DNA from: a virus
Taxonomy: Duplodnaviria > Caudoviricetes
IMG/VR virus record: IMGVR_UViG_3300048865_000017
Coordinates: 1 to 40,660 of that record
Length of the DNA: 40,660 bases
Strand: one strand, 5' to 3'
The translations under genes were made by a program, and so were the position numbers. Shown here in pieces: positions 18,452 to 27,872 of this stretch (within the stretch, counting starts at the first letter, position 1; every line of letters begins with the position of its first letter). Under the pieces are notes generated by a model. It made no database searches and had not been told where the DNA came from. It worked only from the letters and a program-made list of their open reading frames with translations.

Positions 18452-19879
18452 TCAGGCGGCCTGGTCTAGCCGGTCTAGGGACATAAGGGCGTGAGTCATG
18501 ACCGGGGCGTCAGGGTCCCCGGTGGTGAGGGCGTCATGGGCGATTGTGAACGCCCGCTTGATGCCTTCTTTATCGCCTTTTTGTGTGGCGGCGATCAGAT
18601 CCGCCACAAAGGTGACCGCCTTGGCGGACATTGCGGGCGCGGCCTGGCCTAGCTGCTGAATCGGGACCAGGGCGCTTTGTACGGTGTAAATATCGCCACC
18701 CTCTATGGGCGGCAGGTTCTCCGCTCGGCGTACTTCATTACGGCTCATCCAGCCGTTATTTAATGCGCTGTTGTAGAACGCGGCGCGGCCTGCGGAATCG
18801 GCGCGTAGTAGCCCTTCAACCGAAAATTCAGCGTAGATGGTGCCGAACTCCGCTTCAGGGATCAGGCAGCGGGTGATTTCCTGCTCGATGTTTACCAGTA
18901 GTGGACGCAGCGTGTTAGTTAAGAAAAACAGGTTTTGCGCTTCAACCGAGGCCGCCCAGCTGCTCTGCTTTGTCATGTGGCCGACCATAAACGGGGCCAC
19001 TTGGAAGCATCGGCAAATTTCCTCAACGCCAAACGCTCGCGTTTCAAGCATCTGGGCATCTTCAGGGTTCATGGTGATGCCCTGATATTTCAGGCCCGCT
19101 TCAAGAACCATGGTTTTGCCAGCGTTCTTGCTACCTGAAAACGCTGACAGGCTCTTACGCAATAGTTCGCGCTGCTTGTCAGTCAGCGTGCCTGCGCCCT
19201 GCGCCCCGCCCGCGCTGTCCACTGTCAGAAAGCCGCTAGCCTGTAGGCCCTGGGCAAAAATCTTGGCGGCGGCTTCTTCAGCGGCGGCAGCGGCTCCGAT
19301 AATCTCGGCGCTGGTCATGATGGGGGACAGGCCCATGATTCCATCAGTACCAAAGGCCCTTATGTGCATCAGGTCGCGTTCATCAATAACGCGTTCGCGC
19401 CCGTTGTAGTTGTACCGGTAAATCAGTTTGCCGGTGTTGTCGTCGCGCTTCACGCTCATGCCCTGCGGGTATAGCGGGTTAAGGGCTGCAATGCGCTGGC
19501 CTATGCGGATAATCTCAACAAACGCGTTTCCGCGAAGGCAGAGGCACGCGACGATAAACAATAGAAACCGCTGGGGCGTCATCTCTGCGTTGGGCTGGCG
19601 TCCAAGTAGCGAATACAGCGGGTGTGATGTGGCGGGTGTGCGGCTTCCGTCGCTCTGGCGCTCATACACCTTGAGCGGCAGCGTTGAAACCGTCTGAGAT
19701 AAGAGCCGGACGCACGCGTAAACGGTGGAAAGCTTCAGCGCGTTTTCAACTGTTACAGACCGGCCTGAACTTGTAGAGCCTGCGTATTCCCGCCAAAACT
19801 CAGCGGTGGTGAGACTGATAGGCACACCCATCCAGTTCAGAAGCGCGCTTTTGAAGCGTCCGAGTTTATCTTTAGCCAT
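18452..19879 (-). CDS. Portal protein, HK97 family
   Basis: VYACVRLLS, PNAEMT, LRGNAF, GLSPI, DAQMLETR, EGLLRAD and NEVRRAENLPP motifs. Confidence 0.95.
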   Translation of the reverse strand: MAKDKLGRFKSALLNWMGVPISLTTAEFWREYAGSTSSGRSVTVENALKLSTVYACVRLLSQTVSTLPLKVYERQSDGSRTPATSHPLYSLLGRQPNAEMTPQRFLLFIVACLCLRGNAFVEIIRIGQRIAALNPLYPQGMSVKRDDNTGKLIYRYNYNGRERVIDERDLMHIRAFGTDGIMGLSPIMTSAEIIGAAAAAEEAAAKIFAQGLQASGFLTVDSAGGAQGAGTLTDKQRELLRKSLSAFSGSKNAGKTMVLEAGLKYQGITMNPEDAQMLETRAFGVEEICRCFQVAPFMVGHMTKQSSWAASVEAQNLFFLTNTLRPLLVNIEQEITRCLIPEAEFGTIYAEFSVEGLLRADSAGRAAFYNSALNNGWMSRNEVRRAENLPPIEGGDIYTVQSALVPIQQLGQAAPAMSAKAVTFVADLIAATQKGDKEGIKRAFTIAHDALTTGDPDAPVMTHALMSLDRLDQAA

Positions 19880-19882
19880 TCG

Positions 19883-21616
19883 CTATACGCCTATCATAAT
19901 CGGATCTTCAAAAAATCCTTCCGGGTCGCCGGGCGGCTGGGTTTCCGCCATGATTGCCAGCACCCGGCCAACGGACATAATCAGGGCCACTGCGCCATCA
20001 ATCTTGTTGTCATTGCCCTGTTTTATAGGGCGAACTACATCATCATTGCCCGGCAGGAACTTGCCGATAACGTTACCCATACACCACGTCATTATCGGGT
20101 TGCCGTCATGATGGAAGCGGCCCGACATAATCGCGGCTTCAATCTCTTTCATGGGCGTGGACATGTTGGTGTAGTTCTGAACGATGGTGACCGGGGGTAT
20201 CCCCTCATCATCCATCTGGTGGGATAGGCCCGTGGCCCCGTGGGGGTCAATGCCCGCCTGGGCCACCGGGTTTGCCGCGTGCGCCTCGCGCACCTCTGCC
20301 AGAATTTCCCGATAATCAACCTCTGCCCCTTCCGTTTCCGTCAGCCAGCCTGCGTTCACCCATTTTGTGAAGCGCTCGGCCATGCGGCGGTTATCGGTGT
20401 CGCGCACAGTATCTTCAGGAACCCAAAATTTGGGACTTACCGAGTAGTAATGAATCCGGCCATCAATGACGCGCCAGAACAGGCGCGACATGCTGTTCAT
20501 ATCCAGCTTGCGGGCAAGGTCAAGGCCCAGCGCACATTCAAAGCCCCTGAACTGTTCGATTGTTAGTGAGGGGTCCGCGCATTTGTCCCAAGCCGCCATG
20601 TTGTAAAATCCTGTTTTCGCGGTCGTCCAGACGTTCAGATGTTTGGTTTTAAACGTCGATGCAAAGCGGGCGGACCTGATGCCCTTGGCTTGCTGGCTTA
20701 ACAGGTAGTCTGGGTAAACAGACACGCCAATGTTGGGGTTCGCTTTTGCTAATACGCGGGGGTCCTTCCAGTCGTCCCCCTCGTCAATCGTCCAGATCCA
20801 GCCAAACAATTCATCATCAGGCACGGTGCCGTTAAGCATCTCGATAACTTGCGTTCGCTGGTCATAGCAGGGGCCTTCAATGTTGCTGCCAGCTGTAGTG
20901 ATGATGAACACAAGCGGTTGGAGACGGGCACCCATGCCGGTGACCATCGTATCTACCAGCGCGCTTGTGTCGTGCTCGTGGTATTCGTCAATCATCGCCC
21001 CCGATGGGCTGGCCCCGTCGCCAGGGTTACCAATCACGGGCTGTAATTTGCCGTTGTCGGCAGGCTTGATGATGGCCGACTTATAAACCTCGATGCCTGC
21101 GGCTTCCCTCAAAACCGGCGAGCGTTCAACCATGAGGCTTGCAGGGCTGAAAACCTCGTGTGCCTGGCGCTCAGTCGTCGCGCCGCAATACACCTCAGCG
21201 CCATATTCACCGTCAGCCGCCAGAAGCAGTACCGCAACGCCAGCGGCAATGATGCTTTTTCCGTTCTTGCGCGGGATCTCCCAATAGGAAGTTCGAAAGC
21301 GGCGCAGCCCGGTTTTTTTATGGACCCACCCGAACACACACATCAGCCCAAACGCTTGCCAGGGTTCCAGCGTGATCAGCTGGCGTTTTAGCGCCCACTC
21401 CCCTTTCACATGGGGCAAAGTCTGTATGAGTTCCAGCCGCCGTTCAGCCTCGGCCTGATCGAATTTATAGGGCCAGCTTTTAGACCGGGACCGCTCAAGG
21501 TCTTCAAGGTGGCGCTCTACCGCCTGGCACACATAGCGGCAGGCTGGGATTTGCCCTTTGTGTAGTTTCTTTGCCCACCGGATGGCGGACGTTACCAGGG
21601 GGAAGGCCTGGGGCAT
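19883..21616 (-). CDS. terL: Terminase large subunit (HK97-like)
   Basis: LEPWQ, Walker A PRKNGKS, Walker B IDEYH, ITTAG, GLDLA and KIDGAVA motifs. Confidence 0.95.
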   Translation of the reverse strand: MPQAFPLVTSAIRWAKKLHKGQIPACRYVCQAVERHLEDLERSRSKSWPYKFDQAEAERRLELIQTLPHVKGEWALKRQLITLEPWQAFGLMCVFGWVHKKTGLRRFRTSYWEIPRKNGKSIIAAGVAVLLLAADGEYGAEVYCGATTERQAHEVFSPASLMVERSPVLREAAGIEVYKSAIIKPADNGKLQPVIGNPGDGASPSGAMIDEYHEHDTSALVDTMVTGMGARLQPLVFIITTAGSNIEGPCYDQRTQVIEMLNGTVPDDELFGWIWTIDEGDDWKDPRVLAKANPNIGVSVYPDYLLSQQAKGIRSARFASTFKTKHLNVWTTAKTGFYNMAAWDKCADPSLTIEQFRGFECALGLDLARKLDMNSMSRLFWRVIDGRIHYYSVSPKFWVPEDTVRDTDNRRMAERFTKWVNAGWLTETEGAEVDYREILAEVREAHAANPVAQAGIDPHGATGLSHQMDDEGIPPVTIVQNYTNMSTPMKEIEAAIMSGRFHHDGNPIMTWCMGNVIGKFLPGNDDVVRPIKQGNDNKIDGAVALIMSVGRVLAIMAETQPPGDPEGFFEDPIMIGV

Positions 21617-21619
21617 GGC

Positions 21620-22021
21620 TTATGCGCGGTTACCTAAGAGGCGCTGCATTTTCTCCATGTTTTCATCACGCTTCTTGCCCTGGCCCCCGACTTTGGAACG
21701 GTCGGCAGGGGTCATGCCAAACGATGACAAAAACGCGTGTAGGCGCGCCAGGCGAGCGGCGGGAAAATCAAGCGGGTTAGCGCGGAACTGAGCAAGCAAG
21801 GTGGCCGCAAGCTCAAGCGTGATTTCATCCGACATGGTTAGCACGTCATGCGGGGCCTTTTCCGTCAATTCCAGCCAGCACGCGCCCACCTCTTTTGACA
21901 TGTGCGCCGGAACAGAACCCAGCGGACCTGCGGGGGTTGCATCCTCGCGTTGCCGGTTCGGATTTTTTTTGAACGCGCCTTTAGCATCCAGCACGTTCGT
22001 TGGTGTTCGGCTTCTTCCCAT
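21620..22021 (-). CDS. terS: Terminase small subunit (P27-like)
   Basis: MGR.RTPT start, P.HMS....W and FGMTPADRSK motifs; directly upstream of terL. Confidence 0.85.
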   Translation of the reverse strand: MGRSRTPTNVLDAKGAFKKNPNRQREDATPAGPLGSVPAHMSKEVGACWLELTEKAPHDVLTMSDEITLELAATLLAQFRANPLDFPAARLARLHAFLSSFGMTPADRSKVGGQGKKRDENMEKMQRLLGNRA

Positions 22022-22029
22022 TTTTTTCA

Positions 22030-22130
22030 CTTCGGAAAACATTTTTTTGTGGAAATAAAAATCTGGCTCCCCCCGTCGTTCGAGCCGACCGCGCCCGGCC
22101 AACTCTCGACCCACCCCCCACCCATCGGAC
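22030..22130. other. Probable cos packaging-site region
   Basis: Non-coding, G-run-rich segment on the minus strand flanked by A/T tracts just upstream of terS, as in HK97-like cos phages. The exact cut site cannot be determined. Confidence 0.5.
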
Positions 22131-22228
22131 CCGACGAACGGTCATTTTTCGAAAATCAAGCAAAATTCACGAAAAATCGTGAAAATATGCTGAAAAATCA
22201 GGGGTTTAACGACGAAAGGCACGAACGG

Positions 22229-22501
22229 TCAAGATTTGGTGAGGTTCCGGTAGGCTTGGGTCAATACGGCATTGGCCTTGGCCACGGTGGCATCATCCAC
22301 CCCGTTTAGGCCTACCAGAACCTGCGCGCATTCAATCAAGGCTTCACGCAATGCCAGCGTTTCTGCCTCGGCATGTAGTGCCCGCTTTTGCCAATGGTCC
22401 TTCTCGTTCATGAAAAACCGTTTGGGGTCCGCTGCGGCTGGGTCCCGCGCCCGTTGTAGTTCAACAAGCGCGTGCAATAGCTTCTTTTCAATGCTCATCA
22501 T
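22229..22501 (-). CDS. Hypothetical protein
   Basis: 90-aa ORF overlapping its neighbour by 4 bp. Confidence 0.6.
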   Translation of the reverse strand: MMSIEKKLLHALVELQRARDPAAADPKRFFMNEKDHWQKRALHAEAETLALREALIECAQVLVGLNGVDDATVAKANAVLTQAYRNLTKS

Positions 22502-22701
22502 TTGCCCCTGGCTTTGGCTCTCACTGCGCCCAGAGTGTTTGCCAGCCGGTCACCCATGACCCGCGCTTGTTCTAATCGCTCAGCCTTGCGGTCAATGCCA
22601 TGCACTAACAGGTCATACAGTTCAGGCCCGACGATGATAGTGTCAGCCGGTACGGTCTCAGCCTTGATAATCTGCAATCCCTCAAACAGTGGCTTAGTCA
22701 A
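22498..22701 (-). CDS. Hypothetical protein
   Basis: TTG start after a G-rich RBS, overlapping the end of the upstream gene. Confidence 0.55.
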   Translation of the reverse strand: MTKPLFEGLQIIKAETVPADTIIVGPELYDLLVHGIDRKAERLEQARVMGDRLANTLGAVRAKARGK

Positions 22702-23200
22702 AGCGCTTCCCCCTCTCAGCCACATCAAGCACGATGGCAGCCCGCACCGCACCCACAATGGCCGCCGCGTCCTGATGCTGTTCGTGTGCGTGCCTGATCA
22801 TTGTGTTCAGGTCCATGTCAGGAAACCGGGCGGCAAGCTCCATGGCCTGATCAGTCCATATCAGCGGGTTCCAATAGTCTGAGCGGGATGTGCCCAGCCA
22901 GTAGGCCTGGCGCATGGGTTCCCACTTCCTGAGCGTGATGCCCGCCACCCGCGCCACATCGGCTAGCAGCGCCTCTTGATCCAATATACTGATGATGTAC
23001 TCGGTCACGGGCGCTGCCTCTTGTTTGCGTTTCTCATAGTCAATGGCCTGGCGCAACCTCTGGCAAAGGATCTGCCTGCGCTCACGCCCATTGAATGCTC
23101 CCCATGGGTACGCGCTGAGGGTCTGGGTCACTAGGGCTTCAAGGTCAATGCCTGGGTAGTCGATGGTTTCCCATAGCATTTGGCCAAATTCGTCATCCAT
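22694..23200 (-). CDS. Hypothetical phage protein
   Basis: WNPL....QAMELAA and VRAAIV..VAE motifs recurrent in phage proteins. Confidence 0.65.
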   Translation of the reverse strand: MDDEFGQMLWETIDYPGIDLEALVTQTLSAYPWGAFNGRERRQILCQRLRQAIDYEKRKQEAAPVTEYIISILDQEALLADVARVAGITLRKWEPMRQAYWLGTSRSDYWNPLIWTDQAMELAARFPDMDLNTMIRHAHEQHQDAAAIVGAVRAAIVLDVAERGKRFD

Positions 23201-23465
23201 AAGCCACGCCGCAAAACGGGCAGTAGGTGGCCCGGATAAATGATTTCTGGCTCACCTTCTTCATTCCGCCTGCTTTCTTGGGTGCCTGATACTGAATGGT
23301 TATCGGGTTGCTTGAGCGGTGTGTTACGTCGCCGCCAGCCAGCCCGAACAGATACCCGCCCACCTCAACCTCAAGGCCGGTGGCACCTTCAGGCAACGCG
23401 GCTTGATAGTGTTCAATAATCTTGGCTTTGGTCATTTCGTAGCAGTCGCACATGCTATGCCTCAC
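23193..23465 (-). CDS. Small Zn-binding protein
   Basis: N-terminal CDC and C-terminal YCPFCG. Confidence 0.65.
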   Translation of the reverse strand: MRHSMCDCYEMTKAKIIEHYQAALPEGATGLEVEVGGYLFGLAGGDVTHRSSNPITIQYQAPKKAGGMKKVSQKSFIRATYCPFCGVAYG

Positions 23466-23920
23466 TCTAGCCCCAGGCTAAACACGTCATCGGGTGTGCC
23501 CTGGGCTTGCTCATCTGCCTTGGCCTGTTTGGGCTGGCCACGTCCTGTGATGCCCACCTTAGCCCCTAATGCGTTGTGGCATTCATGGCAAAGGGGGCGC
23601 ACGTTTGAGAGGGCAAACGCCAGATCCGGGCGAAGCTTGAACGGCTGTATATGGTCCACCAGATCCGCCTGGCGTATGCGTCCGGCTTCCTTGCAGGCTT
23701 GGCAAAGGGGGTGTTGCAGCCGGTATTCCTTGCTGAACTTGCGCCAGGCATACGTTTTATAAAACGCGTCCGAGCTATCCCGGCGCTTGTTGTAGTCCTG
23801 ATGACTGGCCAGCCGCTGTGCCTGGCGCTTGGCGTCTACTTCGGCTTGATGGGTCTCGCAATAGGCAGCGCGCACCAACACGCCGCACTTCGGACACGGC
23901 TTTAAAGGGCGCTTAGGCAT
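23462..23920 (-). CDS. HNH endonuclease (HK97 gp74-like packaging cofactor)
   Basis: MP.RP.KPC..C, FY....W, PLC..C, VDHI.P and N..PLC..CHN motifs. Confidence 0.9.
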   Translation of the reverse strand: MPKRPLKPCPKCGVLVRAAYCETHQAEVDAKRQAQRLASHQDYNKRRDSSDAFYKTYAWRKFSKEYRLQHPLCQACKEAGRIRQADLVDHIQPFKLRPDLAFALSNVRPLCHECHNALGAKVGITGRGQPKQAKADEQAQGTPDDVFSLGLE

Positions 23921-24101
23921 CGTGACGCAACGCCGCGACCACCCACATCAGGGCGCTTTCTGCATCACGTATGGCGATATCATAGGCCCGTGCTGCATCG
24001 CCCTGGCTGTTGCGCTTGGCATACTTGAGCATAACGAGGGCATCCAGTAGATAAATGCGGGCTTTGTTTGCCGCCTCGGGGTCGAAAACCTCAGCCATCA
24101 A
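23913..24101 (-). CDS. Hypothetical protein
   Basis: 62-aa ORF with an R.YDIAI.DAESALMW.V.A helical motif. Confidence 0.55.
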   Translation of the reverse strand: MMAEVFDPEAANKARIYLLDALVMLKYAKRNSQGDAARAYDIAIRDAESALMWVVAALRHDA

Positions 24102-24330
24102 ACGGCATCACATCGTTATCAGTGTTCAGGCCAGACGCCCGGCATAGCAGTTTGACCTGTAGCGTCAGCAATTTTTGCATGTGACCGCGTAGAGTCACAT
24201 CAATGAATGTGCCGTCTTCAGTCTGCTTGATTAAATCGGTAGTCATGCGAATAGCCGATTCAAGCGCGTAGGCATCAAAGCCGCGTTCAAAGCGGTTCGG
24301 CTCGATCATTAACGGTTCCCCGGATCTCAT
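24091..24330 (-). CDS. Hypothetical protein
   Basis: 79-aa ORF packed in the late operon. Confidence 0.55.
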   Translation of the reverse strand: MRSGEPLMIEPNRFERGFDAYALESAIRMTTDLIKQTEDGTFIDVTLRGHMQKLLTLQVKLLCRASGLNTDNDVMPFDG

Positions 24331-24341
24331 AAAGCCCGCCT

Positions 24342-24668
24342 TTAACGCTCGATGGGTTGTCTACGTTGGCCCCCGCGCCGGTTGCGCCCGCGTCTGAGGC
24401 AGTCAACGCGGTGATAAACAAGGGCGGCTTGATACAGTGGGTACGCCATAAGCGCTGGGCCTATCAGGCTACCGCCCTCAAAGCGCCAGGATTCAAACGT
24501 AAAAGCAGCACCGAGGGTGCCTAGATACATGACACACCCGACCATTTGATAAGCAATCTCTACGCGGTCATCTTCTCGGAAGTCCTTGTTCTGGCGGCAC
24601 CATAGGGCCATTCGAACGATAGCGACCAGAAACATGATGACGGTGATAATCAGTAGCGAAAGCATCAA
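24342..24668 (-). CDS. Membrane protein with about 3 TM segments, probable lysis accessory
   Basis: Three hydrophobic stretches and a very basic C-terminus; overlaps the holin stop. Confidence 0.6.
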   Translation of the reverse strand: MMLSLLIITVIMFLVAIVRMALWCRQNKDFREDDRVEIAYQMVGCVMYLGTLGAAFTFESWRFEGGSLIGPALMAYPLYQAALVYHRVDCLRRGRNRRGGQRRQPIER

Positions 24669-24973
24669 TTCAGGCCCCCCGGAAATACGCGATCTATCAC
24701 ACCCAGGACGCGGCGCTCGATAAGCGTCAAAATGGGATAGGCAAAAAACCCGCTTCCCATCAGTAGCACCGCTTTGGCCTGGCTCTTGTATTCGATGAAT
24801 GGGGCAATGACCACGGCGACAAAAAAGGCCGCCAAAACCTTTGACACAAGGCCCATTGCTTTGAATTTGGTGGGGCTTTCGGTGCTTGTTACAAAAAACG
24901 AGACCAGGCCACCAAACGCCCCCAGAAAGCCCGGAAGCGCCAAGCCCAGAAGGTCAGCAATTAGCGTTTCCAT
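24665..24973 (-). CDS. Putative holin
   Basis: First gene after pR'/tR'; three TM segments (GFLGAFGGLV, AAFFVAVVI, LLMGSGFFAY). Confidence 0.7.
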   Translation of the reverse strand: METLIADLLGLALPGFLGAFGGLVSFFVTSTESPTKFKAMGLVSKVLAAFFVAVVIAPFIEYKSQAKAVLLMGSGFFAYPILTLIERRVLGVIDRVFPGGLN

Positions 24974-24990
24974 TTGAGTGATTCCGGGCC

Positions 24991-25017
24991 AAAAAAAACC
25001 CCGCAAAAGGCGGGGTT
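24991..25017 (-). terminator. tR'-like intrinsic terminator in the late leader
   Basis: CCCCGC/GCGGGG stem followed by T8 on the minus strand. Confidence 0.8.
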
Positions 25018-25050
25018 CTTGGTATGGGTGCAATTTCACATCATGAAGAA

Positions 25051-25079
25051 ATTATGGTCTCAGCCGGGCGGGAATGCAA
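25051..25079 (-). promoter_or_regulatory. Late promoter, pR'-like
   Basis: Minus strand TTGCAT (25079-25074), 17 bp spacer, CATAAT (25056-25051); the terminator lies about 30 nt downstream. Confidence 0.75.
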
Positions 25080-25084
25080 ATTCG

Positions 25085-25411
25085 TCATTTCACGCCCTGT
25101 TGAGCGTCTAAACTTAATGCCCCCTCAGTTTCTAAACCGTCATCAAGGGGCATGAGCCAATCACGCAAAAAAAGGCCGGTTGTCGTCTCTGTAGGCACTA
25201 GAAACGGGCCTAACGTTCGAAGCGTTCCATCAATTGCCATCACCGCCCATGCCGGGTGCGTGTTGCTGTTCAAGAACGTTGCTTTTTCAATACGGATCAG
25301 CCGACCGGGGGGAATCTCTGCAATTAATCGGACCTGTCGTCCTACGTTATAATCAGGGCACACGATATCCTTGATAATCAGCGCCAGCGCGCCCGGTACA
25401 TACCCGCTCAT
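25085..25411 (-). CDS. Hypothetical phage protein, distant paralog of 26477-26758 and 26755-27027
   Basis: G.LA.I...G..V.L....PPG...W...L.PL pattern; ATGA overlap with the upstream gene. Confidence 0.65.
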   Translation of the reverse strand: MSGYVPGALALIIKDIVCPDYNVGRQVRLIAEIPPGRLIRIEKATFLNSNTHPAWAVMAIDGTLRTLGPFLVPTETTTGLFLRDWLMPLDDGLETEGALSLDAQQGVK

Positions 25412-26013
25412 GCGGCAACCTCCTTTTTGAGTGCCCTCAAGGTGCGCCCGACTGGCCCCAGGGCGGCGCGGTCTAGCTCGTCGCATACCTCAAAGCAGAT
25501 GCCGACAAACTCGACCCACTCACGTGACCAGCGATCAGCCACGAGCCTTACCCCGTATTGGTCAAATAGCCAACGCCTGAACGCTTCAGGGCTTGCCAGC
25601 GGATCTGGGGCGCTGCTTTGCCCGCCCTGATTCATGCGCCGGTAGCGATACAGGACCCCCGCCGCCACATAGCGTGCCCGTTCATATTTGGCGCGGGTCA
25701 TGCGCTTTTCCGATTTATAACGCTGCGTGGCCACGTAAAAAACCAGCGCTTCGGCTTGCTCGCGCTCATCGTCTTCAGCAAGCGGGCTGTAGAGGTGGTG
25801 GCCAAAATTGCGTACATCGGGCGGTAGCTGACTGATGGTGCTTTGTATGCGCCCGGCTAGGGCCTGATGCACGGCAAACGCGGCATGACGTTGTTTGACT
25901 GTTGTTTGAATGAGCCGCCCCAGGCGAGCCATGATGATGCACGCATGGGTGACGCTATCGGTCGGGGTGTAATACGCGGAATGCCAGGCCTCTCGGGCGT
26001 TGTTTAACTGCAT
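25408..26013 (-). CDS. Putative late-gene regulator / Q-like antiterminator
   Basis: Lies near the end of the early operon, just before pR'/tR'; AREAWH.AYY start recalled from Pseudomonas prophage late regulators. Function inferred from synteny. Confidence 0.55.
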   Translation of the reverse strand: MQLNNAREAWHSAYYTPTDSVTHACIIMARLGRLIQTTVKQRHAAFAVHQALAGRIQSTISQLPPDVRNFGHHLYSPLAEDDEREQAEALVFYVATQRYKSEKRMTRAKYERARYVAAGVLYRYRRMNQGGQSSAPDPLASPEAFRRWLFDQYGVRLVADRWSREWVEFVGICFEVCDELDRAALGPVGRTLRALKKEVAA

Positions 26014-26015
26014 CG

Positions 26016-26480
26016 CTAAAGCTCCAATAAACCGGCGCGGGCGATCAGAAGGGCATCAGCCAGGGCTTGGCCTTTGGCTTTCAGATCAAGGGCGCGCACA
26101 TCGGGGTATAACTGAATGGCCCGTGACCGGGCGGCGTCCTTGTCTGTGCCGGAAAGTCCGTTTTTGCGTTTCCACTTGTCAGGGGTTATGAGGGTGTGCG
26201 GGATAGCCAGGCCATACAACACGCCTTGCACTAGCCCGGTTGAATGTCCAAACGAAAACGCACCCACCGCCCCCTCTTGAGGGCGTGTGCCTACCAGTTC
26301 CAAAAAAGCATGATTACGCGTTTCGCGGTACTGCTCGAAAAACGCCATGAGTGCTGCGCCGTTGACCCGGTTTCGGGTGCCGACCTTGAGCGTAGGCATA
26401 GCCAAATGAGCCACATAGGCCCCGCGATGATCCATGGCGCAGATGGCCCCGGTTACGCCCGGATCTATGCCGAAAATCAA
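26016..26480 (-). CDS. RuvC-like Holliday junction resolvase
   Basis: GIDPG..GA, FLE.V, FSFG, TP..WK and ADALLIA motifs. Confidence 0.85.
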   Translation of the reverse strand: MIFGIDPGVTGAICAMDHRGAYVAHLAMPTLKVGTRNRVNGAALMAFFEQYRETRNHAFLELVGTRPQEGAVGAFSFGHSTGLVQGVLYGLAIPHTLITPDKWKRKNGLSGTDKDAARSRAIQLYPDVRALDLKAKGQALADALLIARAGLLEL

Positions 26481-26758
26481 TTGATCAGCCCCGCTGGCGC
26501 TTGAGATAGCGGGCGGATAAACACGGCGGCGGCTCCGTGTATGTTCTGCTGCCCCGGCTCGCGGTAGGCCCAGCTGTCACACGGCAACGTCACCGCTTGA
26601 CCGTCAATCGTCACAACTGTGCCCGCTTTGTAGAATGCCACCAGTTCCACTATCCCGGCTTTGGGTGCCAGTTCGGCTGGGCCTAAGTCGACTTCATCCG
26701 GGGCGCTCGTGTTGCCGGTGTAGTAAGCCAGGCCACCTACCTTGAGTTCATCGTTCAT
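26477..26758 (-). CDS. Hypothetical protein (tandem paralog)
   Basis: LKVGGLAYYTG...IVELVAF..AG...W...HGA...PL. Confidence 0.7.
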   Translation of the reverse strand: MNDELKVGGLAYYTGNTSAPDEVDLGPAELAPKAGIVELVAFYKAGTVVTIDGQAVTLPCDSWAYREPGQQNIHGAAAVFIRPLSQAPAGLIN

Positions 26759-27027
26759 GAGTTCAAGGCCTCGCCGGGCTTCCTCTCAAGGGGGAGAAAA
26801 AAATTAACATCCGCGCCGTGAAGCTGTTTCTTTCCGGGCACTTGGAATGACCAGCCATCGTGGGGCACTTTGAAAAGCTGCCCATTGACCGGCACCAGTG
26901 AACCTGCGGGCACAAACGCCACCAGCCGGACAATACAACCGGTTACGCCGTGGCCTAACTGCTGTTCATTGGAAAGGCCCTGTGTTCCGGTGTAGTACGC
27001 CAGATCACCTGCTTTTAGTCTGCTCAT
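26755..27027 (-). CDS. Hypothetical protein (tandem paralog)
   Basis: Start MSRLKAGDLAYYTG at 27027 (TGATG overlap); aligns with 26477-26758. Confidence 0.7.
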   Translation of the reverse strand: MSRLKAGDLAYYTGTQGLSNEQQLGHGVTGCIVRLVAFVPAGSLVPVNGQLFKVPHDGWSFQVPGKKQLHGADVNFFLPLERKPGEALNS

Positions 27028-27260
27028 CAGTTCAGTTCTCCCGGCTCTTGCGTAACGGTGACCCAATAGCGCGGGCCTTTGCGCTCGGTATCCTGAATAT
27101 CGAACGTTCCCCCGTGGAATTCGGCCTTTTCGATAATGCACCTGAGAAAATCACCGGTCACATCACAGCCACCGCCCTTGAAACTACTGTTGTCTTTATT
27201 GGGAATTCCGGCTTTAACGCTTCCGGTCAGGGCAGTGACTCCAAGTCTTATGCCTTTCAT
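27027..27260 (-). CDS. Hypothetical protein
   Basis: 77-aa ORF coupled to neighbours on both sides. Confidence 0.6.
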   Translation of the reverse strand: MKGIRLGVTALTGSVKAGIPNKDNSSFKGGGCDVTGDFLRCIIEKAEFHGGTFDIQDTERKGPRYWVTVTQEPGELN

Positions 27261-27556
27261 TGGTCCACCCCCTTTGCTGCTGCGCGATCTAGCCGGTCAA
27301 TCTCGGCAATCAGAAGCGCGGCGGCTTTCACAAGATCCCGGCGCGGCTCGGTGGGCTTGAATGTTGTGAGGTTCCAGGGCCACCACATGCGGGCACTGTG
27401 CTTGCCGTCACCGGCGCTGGTGGCGTAGGCGATAGCGGCTCGGATCAGTTCAAAGTTCTGATAGTGGTCGTCAATGTCCGGCAAGTGCGTTTTGTGCGTG
27501 ACCTGGCGGTTACGCTCTGCGAGCACATCAACGCCCGCTTTGCTCATTGTGCTCAT
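27257..27556 (-). CDS. Conserved phage protein
   Basis: DVLAER.RQ, DD.Y...EL..AA..YA, WPW and RRDLVKAAALLIAEIDRLDR motifs. Confidence 0.75.
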   Translation of the reverse strand: MSTMSKAGVDVLAERNRQVTHKTHLPDIDDHYQNFELIRAAIAYATSAGDGKHSARMWWPWNLTTFKPTEPRRDLVKAAALLIAEIDRLDRAAAKGVDQ

Positions 27557-27870
27557 GGCTTGCTGATCCTTGTGATTTTCTTGCAATGCTCGCACTTGGT
27601 TTTTGAGCGCTCCGCCAGGCGCTTGCACTCTGCTTTAAAGGTCGCGTGGTAGTTGTGGTACTCGGTTTCCTGGCGGGCCAGCTGGCGCAACACAAACAGC
27701 GGTTCCAGCGCTTCGCCACATCCGCCACATGTGACGCGCCCGGTTTCATCATCGATCTGAAATGAGTGATGACGGCAGCCATCGAACCTGGGCGGAACTA
27801 CCGTTAAAACCCGCTTGCGCTCATGCCGGAATCTCACCGGCAGGGGTATAACTTTGCCGTCATCGCTCAT
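27553..27870 (-). CDS. Zn-finger phage protein
   Basis: C.H, C..CG and C.HC motifs. Confidence 0.7.
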   Translation of the reverse strand: MSDDGKVIPLPVRFRHERKRVLTVVPPRFDGCRHHSFQIDDETGRVTCGGCGEALEPLFVLRQLARQETEYHNYHATFKAECKRLAERSKTKCEHCKKITRISKP

Positions 27871-27872
27871 GG

